Below are positions 1 through 14,889 of a DNA stretch of 64,000 nt, in pieces. Made by a program: the position numbers and the translations under genes. Origin of the DNA: Octopus sinensis (Eukaryota); assembly GCF_006345805.1 (NCBI RefSeq), contig NC_043003.1, positions 74,214,001 through 74,278,000 on the forward strand, in the 5' to 3' direction. Each line of letters begins with the position of its first letter. The stretch's first letter is position 1. Below the pieces are notes generated by a model. That model was not told the origin of the DNA and made no database searches. It saw only the letters and a program-made list of their open reading frames with translations.

Positions 1-244
1 GTCAGCACTGAAAGATCATGTTTTATCCCAGAATAAGCTAAGATTTATATGTATGTGGATGCATGGGAGTGTATCTTTGCGTGTCTCTCTCTACACACAC
101 ACATTGCGCACACGTGCTCAAATGTACATATCTGTACATAGGTGCGCGTGAGAGTGTGGTACATATATTGTGTATATATATGTACTGTTTAAAATATATA
201 GATACATACTATATTTAGGCAAGGCAAGATTGCTGTATACTTAC

Positions 245-307
<63 letters not shown>

Positions 308-1429
308 TATGTGTGTGTGTATGTGTGTGAGTGTATGTATGTATATATATATATAGATCAATACATGAATTTGATAAAGAACGAAAGAGAAAAAGAGGGA
401 GACAGAAATTAGAACAAGTCTTCCTGGTCTAATCATTCTAAAATATCCCATCCAGAAAGTACACACACGGATACATACACAAACAAACATACTCACATAT
501 AAACACACACACAGGGATACAAATATATATATATATATATGGTGTGTGTGTGTGCGTGTATATGTGCGTGGCTACGTGCGCTCGTGCATCTATGAGCGCG
601 CGCGCTGTGTGTGTATTAGTATGTTTACTTTGTGTACCGTAAGGTAGACATTCTATTCAGAAACACGTAAGAAATCCATTGGTATATAAAGATAGTAAAT
701 AATATATTTACAAGTATCCCGAAAGACACGTGGAACAACCGCTGGGAGTATGGCTTCTTCAGATGCAGCTATTTTTCTGATAATCTTGGATGTTATGTAC
801 GCCAGTGGTTATTACTTACACCAACTCCGATAACAGTCTTTACTAAGTAAGTCATTTAATCGGTTTTTCTGTTGCTTGTGAATGGAAGCATCATGTATAA
901 TCTATTCCCGACTGCGTTTGTCTTTCAGATTTTTAAGCTGATGCCGTAACTTTTGTATATGCCTCCGAATGATTTCCCCCCCCCCATCAATGTATAGTGA
1001 TTTTGCTCAAAAATCTTGGGGGGGGGCTAAAAACCTTGTAGGTAGGGTAAAAACCTTTCTGGCGGTCCCGTTGGTCTAAATTAGGTTGGTCTAAATTATA
1101 GGTTTGTCTAAATTACTTGTATAATTTTTTTTTAGCATTCATCAAAGGAAACAAAGTTAGAAAAGCATTGACACGATTTTGCACTTGTTGCTTCATACAC
1201 GAGTTCACACAGCTGTATTTACATACGGTTTCTGTATATGCCAAAAAGTGCGTACACCTCAAGTTTGTTGACATCGATTTAGAGAGAGAAGCAGACAGAA
1301 AGAGACAGAAAGAGGGAGAGAGAAATGTAATTTATGAATAGAAAATAGCGTTTTGAGGTGTCTGGTGTACTAAAATACTTGCAAATTAACAAAATAATAT
1401 TCCGCCTATATAACATCTATAAAACAGAA

Positions 1430-2450
1430 AAATCTAGTACCCGGATCCATACATGCTGCACTCTGACCATGAACTGAGCGGCCAAATAATTTATTTGGAG
1501 GTCATGAATGAAGTTGTTGGCCTTGGGACCATCTGGTTCACTCGTCTCTGGATTTCATCCCACAGGTGTTCAAACCATGATGATGTGGCCACCACACACA
1601 TCTCTCTCCACGACACATGCGTCACTATAGTATTCCCCCTCCTACGCCACACGCTCACTCTGCCATCTGAGGTGGAAACGCAATACCGGCTCTTGTCAGA
1701 GAAGACTATCGACCTCCATTGTTGATGTTGCCAATGTAGGTGTTGTGTAGTCCACTATAGTCGTGCCTGACGGTGGCGGGTGGTGACGACAGACCCTCGA
1801 GCAGGATGACGGCAACGCAGGTTGTTGGCGGCCGGTCAACGTCATTCAGTGTTCCTCGCTGGTGGGTCGCTGTCCAATGTCAATGGTGTTGTGAAGTTTC
1901 ACGCTGGCCAGACTGAGGCGATTACGGATGTGTTGCAGGTGGATGAAGCGGTCCTGCCTGGGTGTGGTCTCCTCAGAGCTCTCTCTGCGGCACTTCCAGC
2001 AGTACTGGCGGTGATGTATCGCTGTTGCAGGTGATAGATGATCCTAACATGAACATTGTAAGCTTTCGCAACAACCGGGTCACACTGTCCTGCTTGGAAT
2101 CGGCCGATAGATTCTTCTCTCTGCGCTGTTGACAATCGGGTCATACGAGATGCGTCCAAATTAATAATGCCTGGAACGCGGTTGAAGTTGGTTGTCATAC
2201 CAATAACATCCACGTGATGCACGTGCATTTCAGTTTTCATTACAATTGTTTGCGACTGCCATCCACGGCATTTAACGCGAGTGCGATTTGGCGTCTGATT
2301 TCAGAGAAAGTTAAAAGGTTACCTGTAATTTGCGTCGTAGTCATAAATCAGCATGTCTTCGAATTTACCCCTACATCACCGAAATCAATTTTCAGATTTC
2401 ACCATATATAAACGACATTTGAAACAATCGCGTTTCTTTTGCAGTACATT
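1430..2450 (-). mobile_element. Tc1-family DNA transposon remnant with internally deleted transposase
   Basis: Minus-strand translation gives an HTH-like N-terminus (MTRLSTAQREESIGRFQAG..VAKAYNVH), then WRSIVFSDKSRYC (Tc1 W..V.FSDESRF), DGRVSVWRRRG and GGHIIMV, fused near 1573 to EHLWDEIQRRV. Frameshifted, with most of the DD34E core missing. Confidence 0.85.
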
Positions 2451-2510
2451 GCGTATGTCTTTGTGCGTATGTGTGCGTATGTATATATATATATATGTAT
2501 GTATGTGTGC

Positions 2511-2545
<35 letters not shown>

Positions 2546-3603
2546 TATATATATATATGTATGTATGCATGTATGTATGTACATGTACGTGTATTTACAC
2601 ACATAAATTTATGTGAATTTTTGTCAATAAAAAGACGTTGCATTCATTCGTGTGCGAGTAAATACATATTCAAAGCTTGAAGAGATGCTATATTTTCGAA
2701 CATTTCTCATGGTTTAACTCAAGGTTCAGTTCCTCAGACTTAACTTTGAGTTTATATTAATTCCACCCTGGAAAACATTTTCAATAATCCGAGAATTTTT
2801 CTTTCAATGTTAAATGCTTACAGGCAAACTATATGGTTTTTCTTTCCATCTTTGTTTTCGGGTAAGAGTCATCTGTCTGTATATTTTAGTCAGCGTGACA
2901 TATAGTTATACGCTCCTGCGACATCAGTAAACAATATCGTGTGTGAATTGCATAACAATAACGTTTACTTCAAACATGATTAAAATGTTACGCCCATAAC
3001 CTTTTAAGATTATTCAGAAAATTTACTAACATTTCGACGGCACTTTTATTTCGCAAACAAGCATATTTCTCGGGTTAACGAAACGAAGTGCTAATTCCCA
3101 TGCTCATCATATTACATTAACATTCGGCAGCAAGCAGCATGCGCTCCGGAACTTATTGCACATGGTAATTTGAACTGGTTCATGGATATGTCCTACATGC
3201 AATACACAATGATGAAATGAAATTCGAAAGTAATACTACTACAGAGTTGCAGAAGCGACCTTCACTTAAGTCTAAACAGCCAGTGGATGTCAAAATCTAT
3301 CACTCAGACAACGTCTGCTGAACAAAATAAAAGAAGTGAGTTATTTGCATGCAAACTCAAAATGGAAAGTAACAACATCATAAGTTAGAGGGTAACAACA
3401 TTGACAGAAAAAATAGCCTTCGAAGCGTATGTGATAGGTGCATTGGATCCCATCTAAAAGGTTATACTTTCCCATTGCAGGGACAGGAAATGCCTACTAA
3501 ATATCTGATAAGCAAAATGTACAGAGATATCGTCTAACCTTCATGTTGTTGAAGAAACTGTTGGCTCAATCATACCAGAGTAGAATATATAACCAATATC
3601 ATA

Positions 3604-4119
3604 ATCAGTTGTCACAAAATGTGTACGAGATAGTATCTGCCCCCTGAGACATGCTGTAGTTGCAAAATCAATTTTCAACACTATCCCCAAGAAGGATTGC
3701 TCAGCAATATGCATCAAAGATATGACAGAACCAGCATATATTTAAAAGTGATTTAAAAGCGAAGAATACTGTTCAAACATTCCAATGAAAACACCAATTC
3801 GGTGCAAGTATATCAGACCTGATGTATTTCTGTAGAACAGGGAACAAAATTTACGCGCTGTTGTAGAGGTCATACTTCAAAAATTATATTCCGCAGCACT
3901 CCCGATTTTCCATATCAGGTTAGGGCCCGGAGTCTTCAAAATGGACGTATTACATGTCGCTTACTCGAATCCGACCGTCATTTATTCCACAAATGCATTG
4001 TCATCAATGCTGCACTTTTCCGTATCAACGGTTTCGACATAACTGTAATTATAAATATACATATACTTACATACATACATATATATATATATATATAACC
4101 TGAGATATGATGTAGTTGC

Positions 4120-4179
<60 letters not shown>

Positions 4180-4281
4180 CCCACACAAACAAAGCAACGC
4201 CGAGTATCTTTGGTAGAGATCAGTTGCCTCAAAATATATACGAGATAATATCTGGCCCCTGGGATATGATGTAGTTGCAAA

Positions 4282-4284
<3 letters not shown>
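3604..4284 (+). repeat. Three local copies of a motif ending tgtagttgcaaaatc
   Basis: 3604-3669 and 4219-4284 align over about 66 bp; 4099-4125 is a partial copy. The last two are each followed by (CT)n(AT)n. Confidence 0.8.
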
Positions 4285-4341
<57 letters not shown>

Positions 4342-7300
4342 GTTGAGAAGAGAGAGAGAGAGAGAGAGAGAGATGCATGCAATCAAAGAGAGATCAAAGA
4401 CTGAAAAATATCTGACGATGAATATTTAGGTGTATATATATATAGAGAGATATTTACATGAATAGATCAAACTTATACAGAGTACAAACGACAGAGAAAC
4501 GTAATGAAGAGGCATGGTATTATAAGTTCAATAGCTGTTTCTAGGGGCTCAGTGATCCATCAGAATTTCGGAAAGTGTAGTTCACCTTAATATGGAAGTC
4601 GCAATGATGAATCTCTATGACATCAGATACAGTCGTCGGACACTTCAACTCTTCCCTTCAATTTTCTCTATCATTTGTACTCTGTGTAATTTTGATCCTA
4701 TTCATACCAGTTTCTTTTATGTTTCTATCATTGGAGCGAGGGCATGCAGGAGCACCGCCTTGAAGAGCCGAAGCATACTGAACGCTTCACGAGTTGGCGT
4801 ATCATCTATAGATTTATGTGTGCGTGTTTTTAAGATACGTATAGTAACCTCATACCAATTTATGCCATATGCTATTTATCAACACATTGCTTTGATAGGG
4901 AATGCCGTTAGTACATGCACGTTATATCGAAGTGAGAATAATGTAGTTGGGAGTCAACATCTTGCCAAAATGTCCTTGGTTCAATGTGACAATTTTTCAT
5001 TAGCTTAAGGCAATATTGAGTCGGATTTTGTGTTTATATGTGTTTAAGTTCCTAGTAGCTGTAAAATAAAAATCTAGCTATTAATTGCAAGGTTGATAAT
5101 GTCGACACAGCTTTTCACTCGTGACGACTGTGCTAGCATTATCAAAGGTTAGAATCTATAACCTTTTCATCACGGCATTATACAAAGAAATCTAGACCAA
5201 TATTTATTGCCGCTACTGCTGTGTCTACTTCGACTTCTTATAGGGAATAATAATATCAGAAATTGACGTTAATGTTTTGCACAACCTCTGCCTCCAGATT
5301 TGGCTTTGGCTTAGTTTTTCACACACACACACCCACTACAGACGCACAACAAGCTAGAATTGAATAAATATAGTGACGGCGGTGGTTATAGTAACACCGA
5401 CAGTAAATATGATGACGATGATGATAATAATGATGATGATGAGCAGGAGGAGGAGGAGGAAAAGGATGCTGATGATGATGATGGTTACTATTATTATTAT
5501 GATGATGATGATGATTCATGGTTCATCAACTTTATAGCAACATATGTATTATTTGTTAAAAAGAGATATAAATGATTTCAGAAATAAGGTGAATTCTATA
5601 GCAGCATCTATAACACCAGTATGGTTGAAGAACATTACAGTACTTCTGCCTCTTATAATGAAAGGAACAATGTGTCATGACAAATGTTTTAGATATACAG
5701 TAAAATGATACCATCATATACCAAAGCTGTACCCTATAACCAGTGAAATTATTTCAAAACATGAGATGAAAGCAACATTTCAAATACATAATTAACGAAT
5801 GTGGGATATTTTCCAAATTCAAATCAACTCCTTTCTTTATATATTCACTTGCTTGTTCCAATGACACACGTTTCTATTCTGAATTGCAATTACTTCAACA
5901 TTCATTTCTAAGATTATCTGTCGATTACCGAAACCAATCGTTATCAATACTTTCATCTCTCTTTTTATTTAACTATTTCTTTCTTAACTCGCTTGTATCT
6001 CTTTTATCTTCTTATCTCCTTGTCTTAGCACTTCATCTAACATACAACTCTCTAATTTGCTTCAGTCTTCTATGTCAATTTTACGAGTTTCTGTCTTTCC
6101 TTCTTTCTTCGTCTCTCGGTGTATCTATATATGCACATACATTCAACCTACATATGCACACCCTCAGCAATCGTTTACAAGGATACACTCACACGCATAC
6201 ACACAAAGCTCGTACGCTCGCATTCACAAGGATTACGCATGCACACACTCACACACGCACACATGGACAAATTTGCCCGCTTGTGAAAAGTATAAAATCG
6301 CATTTCGAAAATAATAATAGTATATGCAGTTAAATTAATTCAACATATTCTGAAGATCAAATTGCTGGATTTTGAGCTCAGTCTCTATGGGACATGCGTG
6401 TATATATAATAGCATACATTGATATCACCTTTTGAAGCATGCGATTGGATTACTACTATATATACATAATTGGATTATATAATTGACGGTGTTGATGCCA
6501 ACTTTAAATTCCCCGAAACTCATGCAAAGTATCCAAAATCTTGAATACTCTGCTGATGTATAAAATCAGTGCACTTTATGTCATCTGTCTTGACAATTAA
6601 TAATTAATTATCATATTCAACTGTTGGTTAAATTAACATTAGCGCTAATTGAAATGCTTCATTGAAATAACTAGAATATGTCTTGGAGAAACATGGCATT
6701 GACACCAAAATCAAGAATATTTCAGAGAGAAAATATATATATACATTAGCACACAAAAATTGCTTACACTGGTTGACATGTGAGAAATAGTTAATAAAGA
6801 TATACAAAGGGAATTTTTTATATTGTAGAAAAAACAGAAATATTCCATGAACGCATAACTTGAATCGGTTGAGAAAATTATCAAAGTACTACTATAATAT
6901 AATTGTTGTTTTTTCTGAATAACTATTAATAATTAATCTTGGAATTTGGGAATTTTCAAGACCTAGAAATTAAATTTCTTCAATTTTTTAATGTATATAT
7001 GTATGGCAACCTTGTTAAGTAATGGTTTCATACTCTTATTACCTGGTGACGAATGCGACATATGGATATATAAATCTATACATATAAATTTGACATGGGC
7101 GATTCTTTCTTCTCTTGGAATTCACGGTCAAACGGCTGGGTAGAATTACGCGAAATATTACACAGATGTGTAGAACCATCTAGTGGTGATGCTGTGCTTT
7201 GTATTTTTTCATAACTCCCATGATTACCGAGATCATCTACTATAATAATACTCTTGTGTTTATGAATGAGAAAGGATGGGGTGATAGATGAATAAGGAAG

Positions 7301-8255
7301 GATGGGGTGGTGTCATATTTAGTAGTGGGATGATGAATATTGTACGCTAAAAAATAAATCAAGCAGCGTTTCAACTCTCTGCCAATGTATGTGTGTATAT
7401 AAAAAGGGTATGTTAATGTGTGTGTTTGCTTGTGTGCGTGTACGGGTCCGCAATGGAAATGGGATGGTTCATCTTTATTCGCTTATTATTTGGGTTTATT
7501 TTTTGATTTGGTTGAAACTTCGTTCTTTGTTTTGTTGGTCAATTATTTTTAGTGTTTTGAATGAAAGAGTCATTCTAAAATTGCATTCAACGTAAACGTA
7601 CCCAAAGAAGTTGAATGCTTACACAGAGCAGGTTTTACAGCCACATCATCCAAACCGACCGGGCTTAGCTGCTAGTTATTATATAAAGTAATGTTCACAA
7701 TAAACACATTTGTATACATTCAGTGTTTGTATACGGCTAACAAGGTAGAAATATCGATGCCTGGGTACGCGCCAGGTGGCAGCACTGGATAGATATGGTG
7801 TTTTTAATCCTGCTCCATAGCGGATAATTTTTTTCTCCACGGTAACTGCAAAGAATGTGCCTTCAGCATTTGAAGTATATCACAATCATATTTAACCTTA
7901 GCTGACTTCGCTTATGCCCAAACACTGTTGGCCGCTGATACTGATATAACACACACACACATACGCACTTATATATTACTGAAAACAGTGTGATTCGGAT
8001 TCCCTGCCACATATATAACTTCTTACCTTTCCACTTGTTTATGTCATTGGACAACGGCCGAGCTGGACCCCATCGGTAGTGGGTATATTCGAACAAATCA
8101 GCACCGGCACTAATTTTTAAAGCCTGATAATTATCATGAATGTTTCCTATTTGGAAGTGTTAGGTTTCAGTGAAGGAAACAAACCATCTCTGATTTTAAA
8201 GGGGTAGTTTGAGAGAAACACACACACACAGATAGGTATAAACATGCATACACAC

Positions 8256-8368
8256 CTATATGTACATGCCGTAGAAATCTTTTCCTTTCTGTCACCAAAT
8301 TCACTCAAAAGGCGTGTCACGAAGTCGTGCTCAAGGGCAAAGATGCTGCGAAGTGGGACGGAAAGCAT
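8256..8368 (-). CDS. Candidate alternative first exon (MLSVPLRSIFALEHDFVTRLLSEFGDRKEKISTACTY)
   Basis: aatATG start, TAG|GTGTGT donor (phase 2), non-repetitive GC-richer island. No homology recognised. Confidence 0.22.
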
Positions 8369-8438
8369 ATTGGGTAGTAAACTTCCTACGAAATACCCGT
8401 GCTAGCGCTTATCTATATGTGTGTATGTGTGTGTGTGT

Positions 8439-8483
<45 letters not shown>

Positions 8484-8991
8484 GTGCGTGTACGTGTGTG
8501 TGTGTATGTGTGTGTGTGTATCGTAAAATCGACAAAGATAGTGCACTGAAGATCCCGGGAACTGTAAAATGTCAACGTTTGGAACTGATTCTTATTTTCG
8601 GGAGAAAATGACAGGAGAGAAATTAATGAGAACCGGCAAATCTTTTATATTGTGCGAGTAAATACAACTTGATTCTACTTAGAAGATGTAAAACTCTACA
8701 ATCTCTCACTAAATATTTGCCCTGGGAACTCTTTTGTGAAGAAGAACTGTATTGAAAACGTATTTGCACTTCTATATGAGATCCCCACTCTATTTGTGTG
8801 TGTGTATATATATATATATATATACGAAGGTACTACACGGGCAACTACATCGCTGAGAATAGAAATCACAAATACTTCTGTATATATACGTATATATTGT
8901 GTAGTGTTCCGTGATGGTAAGATCAACAATAATGTACTCCATATGGTAAGCGATAAATACTATTTAATAAACACATTTTATATTTTTATTG

Positions 8992-9131
8992 GCTACTAAT
9001 TGTTTAATGGGAAGAGAACAACTCAGATAGCATTTTCTACCACGTCTGGTGCCTTCAGGTAATATTCATCCTGGCACCACACATATAAAATGCTGTCTGA
9101 GTTGATTTCATCACGTGAAACCATTAGTGGC
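8992..9131. repeat. Imperfect ~45-bp inverted repeat forming a long hairpin between TA tracts
   Basis: 8992-9036 versus the reverse complement of 9087-9131 (core caactcaga(t/c)agcatttt), with an inner ggtgcc/ggcacc stem. Confidence 0.75.
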
Positions 9132-9193
9132 TCATAGAAAAGTATATACTCTGTTTATTAACTAATAAATATATATAATATATGTGTGTGTAT

Positions 9194-9224
<31 letters not shown>

Positions 9225-9402
9225 CACATACACACGCGCATACACATATATATATATATAATATAATATTTAAATATATGCACATATACATACATATATT
9301 TAAATACCTACATATATATATTTATATACACGCATATATGGATACAGGAAATGATGAACACAATGGGAAAGAAAACATAAAAAGAAAGGCATAGAAACGA
9401 AC

Positions 9403-9494
9403 CTTTTTCGAACAACGAAAAACCCCCCAGAGAAACGAGATATACAACATAAGGAATATTCCACTTCTTTAGTTGCCCCTGTTCCATTACTCAT
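9403..9494 (-). CDS. Candidate first coding exon of an unidentified host gene (MSNGTGATKEVEYSLCCISRFSGGFFVVRK)
   Basis: acgATG start, AAG|GTTCGT donor (phase 2) and CT-rich upstream leader. No homology recognised. Confidence 0.25.
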
Positions 9495-10501
9495 CGTTAC
9501 GAAGGCAAGGACAAGACGCAACTTCGTTAAATCAGTCCTCCCGCAAAGCAAATTAAATAAAATTTGGAATTTTTTGCAGAGGGTGACAGTGGTAGCAAGA
9601 ACAGGACAGTGAGAACAAAACAGTAAAAAGAACAGGACAGTGAGAACGAAATCGGTTAAAACAACAGTGAGCTCTGTTAAGCCAAGACAATAGAAAATTA
9701 TTATGAACGCTAAAGAAGTCGAGCTTATGAAAGAGGCTGTATAAGCAGGCTTTTTCTTTACGAAGGTTGTGGGCAGAGGGAGAGAGAGAGAGATTATCTT
9801 TCGTCACGTGTTAGTGACGAGAGAGTCGAGGAAGAGGAGTGAGAGAGAGGGAACGGTGAAGGGGAGAGGAGAATAGTGAAGTGTGGGAGAGAACATCAGA
9901 AGGGATGAAGAACAAGAGAGGGAGAGAGATAGACACAGAGGAGTGTGTGGGTAAAATTTTGATTTGGCATTTATTGTCATCTCTTCTCTCTCTTTCCAAA
10001 TCTACAAAATTACACTCATATGATATGTTCACTTACAATTTACATTACATTCCTCTTTGCTCTTTCTTATATGTATTTTTCATGTCTCAACCCTAATTAC
10101 CTTTTTTGCCTTATGTAGACACTTTTCTTCAAATGCTCATTTTCTATCTATATATTCTCCAAAGTAACATAATAACTATGGTATTATTTTTAGCATTATA
10201 TTTTCGTTTGCATATGTAGAATCAATGTGTCTTTTTTTGCGCAAAACTATCTATTAGGCTATCTCTAGATCTCTATATTATATCAAAATTTCTCTTTACC
10301 CTTGATTCTCTCTCTCTCTCTCTTTCTATATAACTATTACTGTTCGCCATATACTTCTTGCAGCGTGTTTGTCAACATTGCCTTCTATTACCCTTCATAA
10401 TCATTATTCTGACTTCACTTTCTTTCGTCTTTTTCTTTTTAGAATTTTTTATCTCTTTTCCGAGCACCACCATATACAGGTACTCACATCATCATTATAC
10501 A

Positions 10502-10518
10502 TACACACACACACACAC

Positions 10519-10581
<63 letters not shown>

Positions 10582-10669
10582 ATATATATTATATATATAT
10601 ATATATATGTAAATATATATATATATACATATATGTAAATAGATATATGCAAGTATATATATAGATAAG

Positions 10670-10717
<48 letters not shown>

Positions 10718-10824
10718 TATATGGAAGTACATATATATGCACATATAAACACATACTATATATTTGTATGTATGTGTGCACAATCATAGAGATACATATT
10801 TATACATACACACACACATATATG

Positions 10825-10866
<42 letters not shown>

Positions 10867-10892
10867 TCTATATCTATATATATATATATATA

Positions 10893-10935
<43 letters not shown>
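10502..10935. repeat. Compound (TA)n/(CA)n microsatellite field, one of many in the window
   Basis: Directly visible dinucleotide runs. Similar fields at about 240-355, 23170-23290 and 49655-50065. Confidence 0.97.
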
Positions 10936-10939
<4 letters not shown>

Positions 10940-11424
10940 GAGTGCGTATGTCCATATAGATATGAGCTGTGTATATTCTTTAACGAAGCGCATTATTACG
11001 ATTCTGATTACATTAGTAACATTCTTCAGATGAAAATCATTGCCTCGGGTCATTGGTCTTTGAAGTTGTGAGGAAATCTAAGTTTTACCACATTACCATA
11101 AACCTATTACACATTCATGCTTCAGTACAAATAATAGCAGCAGGCTAGTTCGAAATGTACGGAATCTGTGTCATTCGAGATAAGATTTTCTTGCCGATAG
11201 TGACAAAGAAATATTTTAATTCAGCCTAACCAGAACTATAGATTGTACACTTCATCACAGAGAATTATTAACCTGATAGGATTACAATGTACTTATATTA
11301 ATGATATGAATATCGGAAAACTTCTAAATTTTCCATTATTCCAGCCTCAATCTACAGGCTATTTAAGACCTGATTTATGGAGGTGTAGCAGCATGATTTC
11401 CAAATTATTATTATTATTATTATT

Positions 11425-11747
11425 GAGTGAGAGAGCAGTGCATGCCATCGAAGTGACACTGGGGTAAAATATACGAAGCCCAGTATTCCCAACATGACTA
11501 CCTGTCTGATAAGAGTACACTAGGCACATGCATCACGACCATATGTGTGGGACATGGTGATCTCACATCAAGATAAACAGCACATGACCTTGCAGGTGGG
11601 GCCCAGTTAGAATTTTCGAGTAACCCATCCCGCTCAAAAGGTCCCTGAATAAGGGTTGTTTAAGGATGTTGAACGAAACATCTACGTTTCCAGAGCCACG
11701 AGAGCCACTGCCTGGTACTGAATCAGGGCAAGTACTGCATCAGGGCA
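11425..11747 (-). mobile_element. Internally deleted copy of the 556-bp TAA-associated non-coding element
   Basis: Same termini as 28832-29387, middle ~240 bp missing, short duplication of gtactg(a/c)atcagggca at the right end, and (TTA)n on both sides. Confidence 0.9.
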
Positions 11748-11771
11748 ATATTATTATTATTATTATTATTA

Positions 11772-11804
<33 letters not shown>

Positions 11805-11820
11805 CATCATCATCATCATT

Positions 11821-12870
<1,050 letters not shown>

Positions 12871-12940
12871 CTTCTTCTTCTTCTCTTCTTCTTCTTCTTC
12901 TTCTTATTATTATTATTATTATTATTATATTATTATTATA

Positions 12941-12998
<58 letters not shown>

Positions 12999-13013
12999 TA
13001 TTATTATTATCAT

Positions 13014-13418
13014 TACTCTTTTACTCTTTTACTTGTTTCAGTAATTTGACAGCGGTCATGCTGGAGCACCGCCTTTAATCGAGCAACTCGACCCCGGGAC
13101 TTATTCTTTTGTAAGCCCAGTACTTATTCCATCGGTCTCTTTTGCCGAACTGCTAAGTAACGGGGACATAAACACGCCAGCATCGGTTGTCAAGCAATGC
13201 TAGGGGGACAAACATAGAGACAGAAGCACTCACACACACACACATATAGATATACATATATACGACAGTTTTCTTTCAGTTTCCGTCTACCAAATCCACT
13301 CACAAGGCTTTGGTCGGCCCGAGGCTATAGTAGAAGACACTTGCCCAAGGTGCCACGCAGTGGGACTGAACCCGGAACCATGTGGGTTGTAAGCAAACTA
13401 CTTACCACACAGCCACTC
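13014..13418 (-). mobile_element. tRNA-derived SINE, family A
   Basis: Minus strand: A box tggctgtgtgg, B box ggttcagtcc, accttgggcaagtg body motif, internal (TG)n and gtaaaaga repeat tail. Several homologues in the window. Confidence 0.9.
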
Positions 13419-14174
13419 TATTCAGAATTTTAATTTTTATCACGTGTTCTCAGTACACTACCGAACACAGCTCAGTATGCCTTAGGTAATGCTGTGGTTT
13501 GTCGTAATGCTCTTGTAGTCACTTTTGTGTAGGATGTGTGAAGTGCTTAGTAGTGCTATTTTCTGCATGCTATATATATTTGTTAGTCCTGGCATTTTTG
13601 TTATGTATTTTCCTGAATATTGTTTTATCATTTTTTGACGTCTGTTGTTATCGATACATCAATTAGAAAGCATTTTTTTCTTTCATGACCTCTGACCACT
13701 ATATCTTGCCTATTGGCTTTGATTTCTCTATCTGTGTTTATTGGCATATCCCTTAGTATTGTTGCTATCTCATTTCTGTAACCTTTTCAGGTGTGTTCAC
13801 ATAGCATCTTTTTCTGTCGTTATTCCATAGCGTTGGCATATCTTCCAGTGTACGTAGGTCTCAACTCTCTCGTGTCTGTGAATATATTCCTTCATAGCCA
13901 GGACTGGGCAGCCAGAGACAATATGACTAATTGATTTTTGTCCATCTCCAAATATTCTGCAGTTACTTGTTATGTTTCTTTTCATTATATGATTTTGGTA
14001 ATTTCTGTTGGGTAGGCTTTGGTCTCTTGCTGCAAGTAAATATCCTTCAGTCTCTTCTCAACCGTTGCTGGGATGTTGCTTTGTCTGTTTCTTTGGCGTT
14101 TAGTTTAGCCCAGTATTTGCCATGAAGGGGCTTTCCTTTCCATCGTTACTCTTTTACACTTTTACACACACACT

Positions 14175-14207
<33 letters not shown>

Positions 14208-14800
14208 GCGATAGGCTTCTTTCAGTTACCGTCTACCAAATCCACTCACAATGACATGGTCAGCCTGAGGCTATAGTAGAAGACACTTGGCCAAGGTGAC
14301 ACGCAGTAGGACTGAACCCAGATCCATGTGGTTCGTAAGCAAGGTACATACCACACAGCCACTCCTACACCTATAATGATCATGATATCATGCTCCGTTG
14401 CTCTTCTACTTTTAGTCTGGATTTCATTTGTTTTACAGCCTTTGTTGTTTCCTCTTTTTCTTCGTAGTTGTTAGATAGTATGACTTCTTTTATGTATTTG
14501 TGAGATTCCTTAAAGATTGGAAACAGTTTTTGTTTTGGTCATGTTTTGTGGCTATTTGTAGTAGTTTTCCGTGCTTCTGAAGTAGGTATTTTTGCAAGTC
14601 ATATGGTGGTTATTTTGTAATAGATTGCTAGCTGTACAAGGCCTCTACCACTTTCTATACGTTGTATATATAACCTTTCTATGTGAGATTTTGGTTGCTG
14701 CATCCTAAATTCTGTCACTTTTTTCTTGTTATCCTGTCTATTTTTATTAGTTCATTTAGTGTCCAGTTAAGGATATTCTAGCTGTATTATCATGTATTAT
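13419..14800 (-). mobile_element. Second R4/Dong 3' fragment, interrupted by a SINE at ~14147-14372
   Basis: ORF 13797-13985 (SNCRIFG..HIVSGC..EYIHRH) is paralogous to 12281-12796, and the homology resumes after the SINE. Confidence 0.88.
14147..14372 (-). mobile_element. SINE family A, internally deleted
   Basis: Matches 13260-13418 (cgtctaccaaatccactcacaa...gactgaaccc) plus the tail. Confidence 0.88.
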
Positions 14801-14889
14801 TATTATTGATATTATTATTGTTGTCGTTGTTGTTGTTTTTTTCATCTTCTTGTTTTAGTTGTTATTATTATTATCAATATTATCGACAC

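Noticed and set aside
720-770. Minus-strand CUGAAGA-AGCC..GGUU..CACGUGUC
   Set aside because: The GAAA box is absent (reads GUUC).
1069-1116. Three tandem copies of gttggtctaaatta
   Set aside because: A real but tiny minisatellite, probably inside an unclassified repeat; no function is supportable.
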